Shown here: in pieces, positions 10,314 through 22,135 of the stretch
Numbering within the stretch: position 1 is the first letter of the stretch
Layout: each line of letters opens with the position of its first letter
Assembly (NCBI RefSeq): GCF_001194135.2
Contig: NC_068996.1
Span: 44,580,250 to 44,613,727 of the forward strand
Reading direction: 5' to 3'
DNA length: 33,478 bases
From: Octopus bimaculoides
Taxonomy: Eukaryota
Position numbers and translations under genes: made by a program
Notes under the pieces: generated by a model
Database searches by the model: none
What the model was told of the DNA's origin: nothing
Seen by the model: only the letters and a program-made list of their open reading frames with translations

Positions 10314-10439
10314 CAATTAAAGAAGTTGCAGCTGTTGTAGCGATAAAAAATTTTAATCACTGTTAGCTATGATCAGAAATTCCTGTTCTCGAAAAGCTTC
10401 CTTCCTATTCGCTCGGAGCGCACAATTGTCATCCTGAAT
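10314..10439 (-). pseudogene. Candidate exon with internal stops: IQDDNCALRANRKEAFREQEFLIIANSD*...
   Basis: Acceptor tttcttgcag|att and donor ttg|gtaatt. 126 nt with stops in all frames. An alternative weak donor (aaca|gtgatt) at 10361 gives an open 79-nt exon. Confidence 0.3.
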
Positions 10440-10689
10440 CTGCAAGAAATTGTACATATGCAAACAGCTTTATCCCTTCACATGAAAAATGATCTGCCTA
10501 TCGGCTGTCATAATCGAGAATCTCAAAATGGATAATTATCTCTTAATATTATCCCACACTATTAACCTCATGTATAGCAACTTTGCACTTCCTTCATTTA
10601 TATGAGAACTCATTTGTCTTTCTAGTGTAACCAACGTCACTAATTTTAAGTAATTAAATGATAACACACTCCATTAACACTTCATCAGT

Positions 10690-10710
10690 CTTTAATGATA
10701 CTTATTATAT

Positions 10711-10780
<70 letters not shown>

Positions 10781-10795
10781 AATGATGATGATGAC
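10690..10795. repeat. (GAT)n microsatellite
   Basis: Directly visible. Confidence 0.98.
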
Positions 10796-10932
10796 CAGAT
10801 CCTTGAGAAACTAACAATCTATGAGACTTCTAAAAATTGTTGACATCAACCGCTAACATTCTCAGGAAATTTCCCTCCATTTGATATATATGTGCCCGGT
10901 CGAAAGATGAAATAAAATGCAATTCAATCGAC

Positions 10933-10933
10933 A

Positions 10934-11009
<76 letters not shown>

Positions 11010-11042
11010 TTAACAACAACAACAACAACAACAACAACAATA

Positions 11043-11097
<55 letters not shown>

Positions 11098-11118
11098 GAA
11101 GAAGAATAAGAAGAAGAA
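10933..11118. repeat. Compound (AAT)n(AAC)n(AAT)n(AAG)n microsatellite
   Basis: Directly visible; immediately precedes the long family E copy. Confidence 0.98.
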
Positions 11119-11129
11119 TAAATGCTATG

Positions 11130-11690
11130 ATGCAATACCAGGCAGGAGCCCTCATGACTGTTGATCTAACTGATTGAAAGTGTTATCATGTACATTGTTT
11201 TGTCTTGATATAAAAGATGGGCTACAGCAAATATACTGCTTAATACCACAGATTTCCTTGTCAGTTGTTTGGCCTTAACCAGCTGAGCATGTCCCTTGGT
11301 GACTGATGATATGTACATCCCTGATCACGAGCAGAAGTAGTGGGGGAGCATCATAGCCATGTGTTGAGAGGAATTCTTTGGGGTTTGAATAATTCACCTT
11401 TGGAAACATGGGTGTTTTGCTCAACATCCTTAAACAAACCTTATTCAGGGACCTTTTGAGCGGGATGGGCTACTCGACCTGAAGAAAATTCTAACTGGGT
11501 CCCACCTGCAAGGTCATGCGCTATTTATCTTGATATGAGATCACTATGTCACGCACATATGGTTGTGATGCATGTGCCTGGTGTACTCTTATCAGACGCG
11601 TAGCCATGATGGTTATAATGGGCTTTGTATATTTATACCTAATGTCAATGCTCTCTCATCCGAAATAGCAATAATAATGATAATGATGAT
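11130..11690 (+). mobile_element. AAT-tailed non-coding retroelement, family E, longer copy
   Basis: About 530 bp with no ORF. The 3' half matches 9585-9805; AAT/GAT tail. Confidence 0.8.
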
Positions 11691-11740
11691 TGAAAAAGAA
11701 TGGAAATAATAATGACATGACAAAAACAATAATAATAATA

Positions 11741-12607
11741 AAAGAAAAAGCCTGGAAGAAAAATGTACGGTCAGTTTAGAAGAGATGTAAATGCCAAGAC
11801 GGATAAAGAGGATCGGTAGCTATGGATGAGGAGTGACCTGATAATAGAGACAGAAGCACTCATATGCGCAGCTCAAGAACAAGCGTTGAGGACCAATTAT
11901 ATGAAGTGCAAAATAGACAACACTACCAAGAGCATCAAATGCAGAATGTGTGGTTAGAGGAGTGAAGCGGTATGGCACAACGTTAGCGAATGCCCGAAAT
12001 TGGCTCAACGCGAATAAAAAAGACGCCTTGACGATGTGGCAAGAATGATCCTTTGGGAGATCTGTGGAAACCACGGCTTACGAAAAGCAAAGACGAGGTA
12101 TGAGAAAAACCCATGAGCCACGGAGAATGAGAACCGCAAAATCCTGTAGGATGTAATGGTCCATTGCAATCACCTGATCAGACATCGGAAACCGGACATT
12201 GTTGTAGTGAATAAAAAAGAAAGAACATGCATGATGATCAAAATAGCATGCCCAGGTGACAACAGGATCAATGTGAAAGAAGAGAAAATAAACAACTATT
12301 ACGGTTTGAAGTGGGAAATACGAAGTCTGTGGTCAATGAAGAGAGTAGACGTGATACTAATAGTAATTGGTGCAGTTGCAAGTATCAGCACTCAACTACC
12401 AACATGGCTGAAAACGATCAGTGCAAATGTGAAGGGAGAACACCAAATTAATCAGCATTGCTTGGAACTGTAAGAATTCTTGAAGGGTTCTTGAAGCATG
12501 ACTAGTAATCGATTGTCACCTTAGTCTGCTGGCTGTGGACAGCTGATGCTTTCCATTATACACAGGAAAATAAGCTGTGAGTTTTCATCACATAATGATA
12601 GTAATTA
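11741..12607 (+). mobile_element. 5'-truncated R4/Dong-like RLE retrotransposon, family C copy 1
   Basis: MYGQF, ETEALICAAQEQALRTNY, CRMCG..SEAVWHNVSEC knuckle, HRKPDIVVVNKKERTCMM(I)..CPGD, ILIVIGA. 3' UTR shared with 25397-26125. Confidence 0.9.
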
Positions 12608-12611
12608 CTTC

Positions 12612-12780
12612 TAATCTTGGCATAAACGCAGCAATTTTGAGGGGAGGACAGGCAAGTCGACTCATTGCTCCGAGTACTTGCTTTTTTTATTGACACCGAA
12701 AAAATGAAAAGTAAGTTGACCACGGCAGAATTTGGTCTCATTACCACTAGGCATTTTGTCCAGCAACAAATGCTTATGCT
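12612..12780 (-). mobile_element. Degenerate SINE family 1
   Basis: Reverse-complement match to 2780-2945 (gcaattttgaggggag..., gaaaagtaagttgaccacggcagaattt). Confidence 0.7.
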
Positions 12781-13293
12781 TAGGTGCACGTTAATACAGA
12801 CACATCTGAAAAAAATTACTCAATACAGCTGATAAACTAGAAGAAGCCTCGAATCACACCAGGAAAAGTTTCAACAGTATTCTATCTTAATATATGAATA
12901 TGTATATCGATGTTGAAACTATACCTACTTGTCTACCTCCCACCCTTTTACACTCTGTCTTTATCTCTCCCCCCTCTATCTATATGTATGTATAGATATG
13001 TTTATATGTACATATGTATCTATATACATATGTACTTACGGTCCTCCCCATGGTACATTTATATACAAGATTTGTACTCATACAGTGGTTCAGCACTGGG
13101 CATTTTCATTTTTTCTGTGAGAATTTAATACACTTATTTGTATATATATGGCAATTCTGAATTCATTTTCCGATGTTGTTATCGTGTTAGCTATACCACA
13201 ATAATTTCTACTATCACAATTTGGCCGTATCTAGTACTTTTCATTGCAGTTTACATCTCCTTTCTTGCTATTTTGAAAATGAAGTCAGGACTG

Positions 13294-13344
<51 letters not shown>

Positions 13345-13789
13345 CAAACAAATATAATAAATGCTTATGCAGAAAAAAATTTAATTGTCCATTGATGAAT
13401 CTCTGTAAAGTACAAATCTTGTATATAAATGTACCTTGCACTCAAGGGAAGGGCCGTACGTCTACATTAGGCGACGGCTGATTCATTCAAAAATCATTAT
13501 CACAACCAAATCGTCAGGTTCAAGAGAATCAATAAGAGACATTCAACATCATTGACCGATTTTGTATGGTGACTTAAGGAAGATAAAATTAACTATAACT
13601 TGGTCCATAGTGAGGCATGCAAAATTATATAATATCGTTTCCAGTAGATGCCGACTCTGCTTCGAGGAACCTCTGTCTATTCTGTGGACCAATGAGGAGA
13701 TCATTAATAGAATTTCTGAAAGACTCTCAAGATGCTCACAGGTATATAAATGCACTTTCGCACAATGCAATGGAAATGAATTTGAGTAA
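13345..13789 (+). mobile_element. Penelope-like element GIY-YIG endonuclease fragment (frameshifted)
   Basis: CLCRKKFNCPLMNLC linker; NLVYKCTL..GPYVYI(G)ATADSFKNHYHN; HSTSLTDFVW*LK; TWSIVRHA..YN..SSRCRLCFEE; IINRISE..SRC. Starts at a (CA)n(TA)n run. Confidence 0.85.
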
Positions 13790-14120
13790 CTGTTAACATA
13801 ATTCACCTTAAGATATAGATGAATTAAATCTAGTGTTAACCTACCCAGTCTTATAATAACCAAGTAGCTATTTAACTCGTTATGTGAACTTCTATGCACC
13901 AAACTACACGTGTGTGTATGTTTACATCTTCGTGGATATTTGTATGAGCGAGTGTATATGCGCCATACAACCTACGTGAGGGCGTTTATACATCCATGTC
14001 CGTTAGTGGTTATATTTAATACTTTTTTCGCTGCATTGTGTTCGTTTTTTTTTTTGCATCTGTTATTTTATTATTGATCTTCTACATAAATGAAGCTCTA
14101 TCTTTTAATTTGTTGCTTTT

Positions 14121-14343
14121 CTTTACACGAACTGAGAAGATACCTTGCGGAACTGTTATTTTAACGAATTATATCTATTTATCACCGGAAGAGACACACC
14201 TGCACATTCAAAAGCTTCTAAAACAGTTAAGTATCCCCACCCCTTGAGGATGTTTAGTATCCCACCCGTGAGGATGCTAGATTTGTAGAAACAATTGTAG
14301 TGATTTATAAAACTTTCCGTATCTTCTATCTTCCGTTTCTCAC

Positions 14344-14345
<2 letters not shown>
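14121..14345 (+). repeat. Second copy of the core and right arm of the 1201-1486 element (putative pLTR of the adjacent PLE)
   Basis: gagaagataccttgcggaactgttattttaacga...gaggatgctagatttgtagaaacaattgtagtgat...tcttccgttt. Contains a ~23-bp tandem duplication (14230-14276) and is followed by (TA)n. Confidence 0.8.
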
Positions 14346-14387
<42 letters not shown>

Positions 14388-14689
14388 GAAGACTATGTGC
14401 CAATACGTATGTATGTATGTATGTATGTATGTATGTGTTCAAGCAATTAAGCATATAGATCATTTAGAGAAAGAACTATGCTCATGACATTCGCTATGAC
14501 AGCTAGCTGCGATAACGGAGCACTCAAGACGATTTGCGTCCCTTTTCAAAAGTCACATGCCAGCATTTGAAGGACCCCCCCCCACACCACATATATATAT
14601 ACATATCAAAGCGTCAACCAAAGCGTCATGATGTGTTTCCTTGCGTTGATGCAGCTTTCGAATGCACATTAATGGTCACAACGCCACCT

Positions 14690-14882
14690 ACGTGGATAGG
14701 CCAACATTTACCCTGAACGGAAATCCAGTCCGTGGCAAGGTTACCCATTTACAACTGAATATACTGGGACACCATGGAATGAAGTGTTTTGCTCAAGAAC
14801 GCAATGTACCGTTGGTTTGGGAATCAAAACCACCATCTTTCTACCGTGAGTGCAACACCCTAACCACTAGGCCACTCGCATA
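14690..14882 (-). mobile_element. tRNA-derived SINE, family 3
   Basis: Minus-strand head has A-box TGGCCTAGTGG and B-box-like GGTTTTGATTCCC, then a cttgagcaaaacacttcatt central motif typical of CORE/V-like SINE domains. Confidence 0.75.
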
Positions 14883-15083
14883 CACAAATACACACACTTT
14901 CTCTTTTACACATACACTCACATACATACACACACTTACATGTATATGTATATGTGTGTGTTGATGTGTATATGTCTGTGGACATATATATTAAAATATA
15001 ACTGTATTCATTTGTTCGAGGCACACGGCCAAATTTTCTTACTACATTTTATTGATCTGAGTACAGAAACTAGTTTTATTTGA

Positions 15084-15089
15084 AATAGG

Positions 15090-15136
<47 letters not shown>

Positions 15137-15214
15137 NNNNNNNNNNNNNNNNNNNNNNNNNNNNNNGATTGATCAAATGAGTGAGAGAGTGAAAAAGACA
15201 GAGCAAAAGAAAGT

Positions 15215-15262
<48 letters not shown>
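15084..15262. repeat. (GA)n microsatellites interrupted by assembly gap 15137-15166
   Basis: Directly visible. Confidence 0.97.
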
Positions 15263-15267
<5 letters not shown>

Positions 15268-15708
15268 CGTCGAATCACCAATAAATTCGTCCCAAAACCA
15301 CCCGCCATGATTATGATTTTGTAAAAATATTGATTTCTTTAGAGCAGACACAATGCCGAATTTTGATAACTGGTTGCATCGTCGACCGAGTGAAACCAAT
15401 CATATTAGTTTTGCTTATTTTATCGATTATAGATAAAGCCTCCTCTTTGGAATTTAAAACCTGAATACCAAATGGATAAGACCAAACAATTCAAAACATT
15501 TACTCCGACTTTCTCAACCATTTCTGTCACACTTGCTGTCAAAATAATTTACGTTATAGATTTTTGTTCGATCTCTACCATACAAGTTTGCGAAGTGGAT
15601 ATGTGTACAATAGATTGATTATACACCAGCTTTTCCATTACCGTTTGGTCCCAGGGTGTATTTTATCGGAGTCGATTGTATTGCAAACTTTGGGTTGTTG
15701 GCTATTAC

Positions 15709-15749
15709 CTGAGTAGAAATTCTTGCTTTACTGCCATTAGCGTTAACCC
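15709..15749 (-). CDS. Possible 41-nt micro-exon (GVNANGSKARISTQ or GLTLMAVKQEFLL)
   Basis: Acceptor cttatttaaag| and strong donor cag|gtaata; two frames open. Short, so chance is plausible. Confidence 0.2.
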
Positions 15750-15772
15750 CTTTAAATAAGTTATTCTTTTAT

Positions 15773-16010
15773 TTGTTTCAGTCATTTGATTACGGCCATG
15801 CTGGAGCACCACCTTTGGTCGAACAAATCGACCCAAGGACTTATCCGTTGTAAGCCTAGTACCTATTCCATCGGCACCTTATGCCGAACCGCTAAGTTAC
15901 GGGAACATAAACGCACCAGCATCGGTTGTCAAGTGGTGGTGGGAGACACAAACACAGACACACAAACACAAACACAGACACACACACATGCACACACACA
16001 CACACACACA

Positions 16011-16050
<40 letters not shown>

Positions 16051-16197
16051 ACACACGACAGATTTCTTTCAGTTTCCATCTAACAAATCCACTCACAAAG
16101 CTTTGGTCGGCTCGAGCAGTAAAAGACACTTGCCCAAGATCCCACGTAGTGGGACTGAACCCGGAACCATGTGGTTGGCAAGCAAGCTACTTACCTC
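15773..16197 (-). mobile_element. tRNA-derived SINE, family 2, with expanded internal (CA)n
   Basis: Colinear with 9142-9531. Confidence 0.9.
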
Positions 16198-16252
16198 GCA
16201 AAAAAATATTCAAAAATATTTTGTGTATTGTAGAAGCATGATCAATATATTG

Positions 16253-16483
16253 NNNNNNNNNNNNNNNNNNNNNNNNNNNNNNNNNNNNNNNNNNNNNNNN
16301 NNNNNNNNNNNNNNNNNNNNNNNNNNNNNNNNNNNNNNNNNNNNNNNNNNNNNNNNNNNNNNNNNNNNNNNNNNNNNNNNNNNNNNNNNNNNNNNNNNNN
16401 NNNNNNNNNNNNNNNNNNNNNNNNNNNNNNNNNNNNNNNNNNNNNNNNNNNNNNNNNNNNNNNNNNNNNNNNNNNNNNNNNNN
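16253..16483. other. Assembly gap
   Basis: N run. Confidence 1.
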
Positions 16484-16500
16484 CAATGTATATAATATAG

Positions 16501-16690
16501 GATTTCAATTTCTGGCAACTTTAGAGGAAGGAAAAAGTCAGTTATATCGACCCCAGTGTTCAACTGGTACTTATTTTATAGACTCCGAAAGGTATGAAAG
16601 GCAAAGTCGACCTCTGTGGCATATGAACACAGAACGTAAAAACGGACAAAATACCGTTAATCGTTTCGTCTGACGTGCTAACATTTCTTA
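16501..16690 (-). mobile_element. SINE family 1
   Basis: cgaccccagtgttcaactggtacttatttt...gaaaggcaaagtcgacctc...cgtgctaac is the reverse complement of the family 1 body and head. Confidence 0.85.
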
Positions 16691-16817
16691 TTTCTTTATT
16701 GCCCACAAGGGGCTAAACATAGAGGGGACAAACAAGGACAGACAAAGGTATTAAGTCGATTACATCGACTCCAGTGCGTAACTGGTACTTAATTTATCGA
16801 CCCCGAAATGATGAAAG
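16691..16817 (-). mobile_element. 3' half of a family 1-related SINE with a variant tail, 5'-truncated
   Basis: gtcgattacatcgactccagtgcgtaactggtacttaatttatcgaccccgaaatgatgaaag; variant tail ccacaaggggctaaacatagaggggacaaacaaggacagac. Confidence 0.8.
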
Positions 16818-19150
16818 TGTTTGCCACTTCCAATCGTCTTTTTAAGGATAGTTCTCACCTGGTTCATTTCCGGGTGAAATTGTCTATATTTTTATCTTCT
16901 CACACCACTTCTTGTTCATTTGGAAATCTGGACCGAACCGAACTCCGAACAATTTAATCAGTGCATCCGTCCAGTGCTTCCCGAGATGTTAGACGCCATA
17001 GTCCTGTCACTCTAGGCTTGCTTATACTCTTGCTTGATTTTTACTAAAGTCACCATCGCTCTTTAGAGCAATATTAATCACCCCGATGTGTCTGGTATCC
17101 GACACTACGACGATCACGGTGTCTGCACATGCTAACATAGATATTCTTGAGGGATGCCCTTCACCGTCTCTGTTTTCTGTAACAGTGTCTCATGAGTTAT
17201 GAAATGATGTGGAACCACCTTGAGAGATTGAGGCTAAATGGTTAAATGGTTGCAGTAGAGAGCCTTTATAGTAACCCTGCAGCAGAATATCATTGTATAT
17301 GGTGGCAATCCAACAGTGGAAAGCAGGACTCAAACCGGCTGCCGGCAGAACAGATGCCAAGTATTGGTGATTGGGTTTAGTAGAATTATAAACCCAAAAT
17401 TATTGATAGGATTCTCCTCGCAAGGGTTGTTTTTACCAATGTCTGAGTGGCCTGAAGTGAAAAGAAATACATCTTAGTTCTGTTGTTTTGTTCTTTTGTT
17501 CTGTAGTTGTTTTGAGACTTTCCGTTGCATTTGTTAATAGTGTAGAAGCTCTTGTGGATGTTGCCTCTTTTGTTGTTTTGGTTGCTTTTGCTCCCACAGT
17601 TGGTGTTGATATTTCTTTATCACTCTTGCTACTGGTGAGGTTATTGCTGCTTTCGCGGTTGCTAAATTTAATGTTACAGTTGCAATTTTCATTGCTGTTG
17701 TGCCTTTTGTGGTTGCAAGCTTTTGCTGGCGGTGCTGCTGCTTTTGTTCTTGGTGTTGTTGCAGATGTAGTGATGGCGTCGAGTGCAACATGGGATTTCC
17801 TTTTCTCCTCGTTTTCTTTAACAGAATGTCTTTAAATGACTTGTATCACCATATAAATGACACCATGTATTTCTACCTTCAACAGCCACAAACAATTGCA
17901 AACCAATTGGTACATCAATCAGATTCGAAATTGCCTCTATACTTACTTGATCTGTTTGGATCAATAGTTGTATCCCTCTGTTCAACTGAAGTTTCTCCTG
18001 CAGTTACTTCTATGTCGAATAAAAGAGCCCTTACTACTCAGCGGATATTTATTTATGGTTGCTTGTTGACGATCTTAATTTTTACCAATAAATCCACACG
18101 TGGAACAGTTCTTTATCCTTGAAATGTGTTATAGACTGATTCCAGGGGTCCTCTGAGAAAATCTCTTCTCTACAGTGCTTCATTTTTTCTCCGTCTTCCG
18201 CACTATGATTTGGTAACCTATATTGGCGTGCGACAATTTTCAATCTGCTTCACTTGTTCCTGTTTCTTTTTTATTTTTTAGTTGTCGGTCCTAAACACGT
18301 CTATATGCTCCTATTTTTTGCCTGCGTGTCTTCTTAAACTTTTTACATTGTGTCTAAAGATATAGTTTATTCAGAACTGCATGGGAAATGTTTCGACTTT
18401 TCGAAGCCCGGGAGGATTACGAAATAGGTACTTGAGCCCGAACAATTCCGACCAAACTGCTTACAGTTGGTTTTTGCCTTCTAGAGCCTTATTACAACTG
18501 ATTAATGCTGGTGGTGGTATTGGTGAAGATCGCTATGTTTGTATAATTGCCAGGTGTCATGTCGCTGCACTTAAATATTTCGTTTGAGTCGTTCCCATTT
18601 TCAATGGTTTTCTCGTTAATGTCGTTGTTGCTACTGCTGATGTTTTCCTTTATCTTTGTCGTAATAGTTTCTGTTCTTGTGATTGCTTATTGCAGTCTTG
18701 TTGTTGTTGATGGTGGTGGTGGTGGTGACGTTAGTGGCAATGTCATTGTCACTATCTATTCTTTCGTGCTTCTTGTCTTTGTTACTCTTGTTGTTATTAT
18801 TTCTGTCGACACTAATGGATGTGGAGGCAATACTTTGTTTTAAGATGTTCTCCATACAAACTTTAAACGTCTTGTTTCAGTTGCTGTTACCTCCGTCCGA
18901 ATTCCCTTCGAAAATTGAAATTCAATGCTTTGTTTTTTAAGAAAAGGTGCAAATTCTAAGAAAAAGAATTACAAATTTTGCCTCGAAGGGCAAAAACAAA
19001 ACAGAATTAACCAGTTCCTCAGGATCGTGCTTAGCGATGCAACCACACTAAGTAAAAACTTCTAATATCAGGCATTCAAAATACTGTTAAGAGACAAAAC
19101 CTACGATCGATTTAAATGGCATTATACCATTAGCAGAACAGCAACAAAAG
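16811..19150 (-). mobile_element. Decayed, internally deleted L1/Tx1-clade LINE (5' UTR, ORF1, central RT)
   Basis: ORF1 relic with VEGRNTWCHLYGDTSHLKTFC (degenerate CCHC, about 17820-17885) and a T/K/N-rich tail. RT relic HQYLASVLPAAGLSPAFHCWIATIY, SISQGGS, MLACADT (YADD-like), WTDALIKLFGVRFGPDFQ, LSLKRRLEVANTFI. APE and N-terminal RT are absent. The 5' limit is uncertain. Confidence 0.8.
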
Positions 19151-19156
19151 CAATGA

Positions 19157-19157
19157 A

Positions 19158-19206
<49 letters not shown>
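19157..19206. repeat. (AAT)n microsatellite
   Basis: Directly visible; 5' flank of family B copy 1. Confidence 0.98.
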
Positions 19207-20221
19207 GGGGGAAGAGGACTGATCGGATGCGAACACAGCATTAGAGCTGATGAATACAGCATAGCATGTTATGTAAAAAATGCTACAATACCGCTATTGT
19301 TGGAAGTAAGAAAGTCAGGCTTGTGTAGGTTGGATGATAGCAAAGCTGTACAAGCACTTGAAAATGAATGAAACTGAAAATAGGTGGATAAAAAAAAGAA
19401 TGCATGGTCAATTTCATAGGGATGTTGAGGATAAGCCAGAGGTAAAAATAGCTATGGATGACTAAAAGTGATTTAAAGCCGGAAACGGAGGTTCTAATCT
19501 ATGCTGCCCAAGAGCAAGTGTTAAGAACGAATTACATCAAATACAGAATAGACAACACAGCAGAAAGTGATAAGTGCAGAATCTGTGGACAAAACGGTGA
19601 AACCGAATGGCATATTACCAGTCAGTGTACGCCACTAGCCCAGAAGAAATATAAGAGACACCATAAAACATAGCAAGGATTGACCATTGGACACTTTGCA
19701 AAAAGTATGGACTTGAGAAAGCAAAAAGTGGTACGAACATAAACCTGAAAACATCATCAATAATGATAATGCAAAGATCCTATGAGATTTTATGATTCAG
19801 TGAGACCATGAGATAGAAAATAGGAAACCAGACATAGTATTAATTGAGAAAGAAAGCAAACGATGCTGGATCATAGATATAGCATTTCCAGCTGACAACA
19901 AGGTATCCGATAAGGAAGAAAGACAAGTTGATAGATATGACAGGTTAGCTAGGGAGGTTAAGCCTTTGTGGTCGCTGAAAAAGGTGGTAGTAGTAACAAT
20001 AATTGTCGGAGCACTGGGAACAGTGAGTAAAAATCTTGACAAGTACATGAACAAATAAGGGCTCCAATAAGGAGACAGTACTGCTTGGAACCGCTGGAAT
20101 ACTCGGGAAGGTGCTTGAAAAATAAGAGTGTTACCTTATTTCATTGGTAGTGAACAGCTGACACCGTAGTACATCTCCAGCGTTAGAAGCTGTGCAAAGA
20201 CAAAAAGAAAAAATAATAATA
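19207..20221 (+). mobile_element. 5'-truncated R4/Dong-like RLE retrotransposon, family B copy 1
   Basis: Starts at GGRGL; HGQF; ETEVLIYAAQEQVLRTNY; CRICGQNGETEWHITSQC; RKPDIVLIEKESKRCWIIDIAFP; IIVGALG; GTAGILGKVL*; 3' UTR and AAT tail. Confidence 0.92.
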
Positions 20222-20237
20222 GCGAAGTTGCTTATTG

Positions 20238-20544
20238 GGCATAACAGTTAGAGATGAGGAAAAGCAATGTTGCTTACTGATCGACCCATCATACCCGCTT
20301 GATTCCAGGATCGTAAAGAAAGAGGATGAAAAAATACAATCCCTTATAATTTGAAATAAGATGAATTTGGAACCATCTCAAAGAGAGCAATATTCCGGCA
20401 TCAAAAGCAGCAAATACCAAACTTCATTAGGAAGTATTCAAGTGATAGCAATACTTGTAACAGCTCGTGTGCTGAGGAAAGTGTTGCGTGACAGAACAAC
20501 GGGATGGAGCTGAAACGTGACATGGATAAACCAGAAGTTAAGTG

Positions 20545-20626
<82 letters not shown>
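20238..20626 (+). mobile_element. Short 3' fragment of a fourth RLE retrotransposon family (D) with (CTA)n(ATA)n tail
   Basis: ITVRDEEKQCCLLIDPSYPLDSRIVKKEDEKI and IAILVTARVLRKVL match the endonuclease C-terminus (compare LLGTAGILGKVL in family B). Confidence 0.7.
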
Positions 20627-20920
20627 TAAATGGTCACATTTCAAAATGGAAACCTTGTCTTAACCATCAGGTTATCTAAAGAAAAAGAAAAAAAAAGAAC
20701 TAATCATGTTGAATTGGAATTGTCTTCGGTTACAAGAAGGCTTACTGATTTGTTACACTTTCCGGATAAAGACGAAAAAGCATAAAAAAGCAAACAAAAA
20801 ACCATCAAAAATAAAGAACAAGCAAAAACTGTTATCGATTGACTTTCGTTGCAAACTAGACCCATATTTTCGGTTCCTATTTATGAAATCTGGTTAAAAA
20901 CACAGCAGGTTTCATTCTAC

Positions 20921-20979
20921 AAGCCATATATGGATCAAAATATCGATACTATTAACATATATTGATTGATTGTTTGCAG
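20921..20979 (-). CDS. Possible 59-nt exon (A)ANNQSIYVNSIDILIHIWL
   Basis: Very long polypyrimidine tract ending ttcctacaag| and a weak donor ctt|gtagaa; one frame open. Confidence 0.2.
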
Positions 20980-21186
20980 CTTGTAGGAAAATGAAGGAAA
21001 GTGAAGAAAAAGAAAGAGAAAAATGGAAACTGAAAAGAGTCAAGTGCAAGTAATAAAATGTGTCTTGGATATATAAGCAAATATTGGAAGAAATCGAATA
21101 CAACAGCCTTCTGTATCTCCGATGTTGACAAATATCAGCTATACACACATACGTGTGTATATATATATACGCATACATACATACAT

Positions 21187-21225
<39 letters not shown>

Positions 21226-21563
21226 NNNNNNNNNNNNNNNNNNNNNNNNNNNNNNNNNNNNNNNNNNNNNNNNNNNNNNNNNNNNNNNNNNNNNNNNNNN
21301 NNNNNNNNNNNNNNNNNNNNNNNNNNNNNNNNNNNNNNNNNNNNNNNNNNNNNNNNNNNNNNNNNNNNNNNNNNNNNNNNNNNNNNNNNNNNNNNNNNNN
21401 NNNNNNNNNNNNNNNNNNNNNNNNNNNNNNNNNNNNNNNNNNNNNNNNNNNNNNNNNNNNNNNNNNNNNNNNNNNNNNNNNNNNNNNNNNNNNNNNNNNN
21501 NNNNNNNNNNNNNNNNNNNNNNNNNNNNNNNNNNNNNNNNNNNNNNNNNNNNNNNNNNNNNNN
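21226..21563. other. Assembly gap
   Basis: N run between (TA)n and (TG)n. Confidence 1.
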
Positions 21564-21604
<41 letters not shown>

Positions 21605-22069
21605 GTGTGTGTGTGTTGTATTTTGTGAGGTTCTAGTTAGCTGTAACAAGCCAAGACTTTTTTTTCGAGCTGTGTCTACACAGATTACAAGCAGAAGAAG
21701 CAGAAGAAGAAAAAAAAAACACAATATTTTTTTTCTTGACTGATTTATATAATGTTTGATGTTGAGAGGATGGTTTGATTAGCAATATTAGAATGGTTCT
21801 TGGGAGAATAATAAAATAAATCCAATAAAAATAATTCATATTTGCAGTTGTAGAAGCAACACCTTTGATCTATGTTAAATAAAAAAAAAAATCAACGAAA
21901 AATATTGTGTAATGTTTGCCTGTTTGCTACATTCAGTCACAAATCATTGGACTCGGAAAGGCTGCTGTAGAAACAGTTACGGTATTGCTAACAGCTGAGG
22001 GATCAGGTCTTCAAACACGTGACTGTTGTTCTACATGTAACCGATACACTTAATAGAAAGTCTTTCGTT

Positions 22070-22135
22070 TGTCGCTCGACCTGTTGGAAATAGCAGCTAA
22101 ATCACCGTCAAATCACACTCAACTGTCTTGAAACT
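22070..22135 (+). repeat. Short fragment of a dispersed repeat also at 26316-26398 (-) and 26844-26890 (+)
   Basis: Shared motif cgctcgacctgttggaaatagcagc / actagacctgccagaaataacagt / cgctcgaggtgttagaaataacagc; probably an old SINE 3' part. Confidence 0.55.

Noticed and set aside
10658-11177. Poly-Asp and poly-Ile/Thr ORFs
   Set aside because: Translations of (GAT)n and (AAT/AAC)n repeats.
17488-18940. Hydrophobic plus-strand ORFs resembling membrane proteins
   Set aside because: Antisense readings of the A/C-rich low-complexity parts of the L1/Tx1 ORF1.
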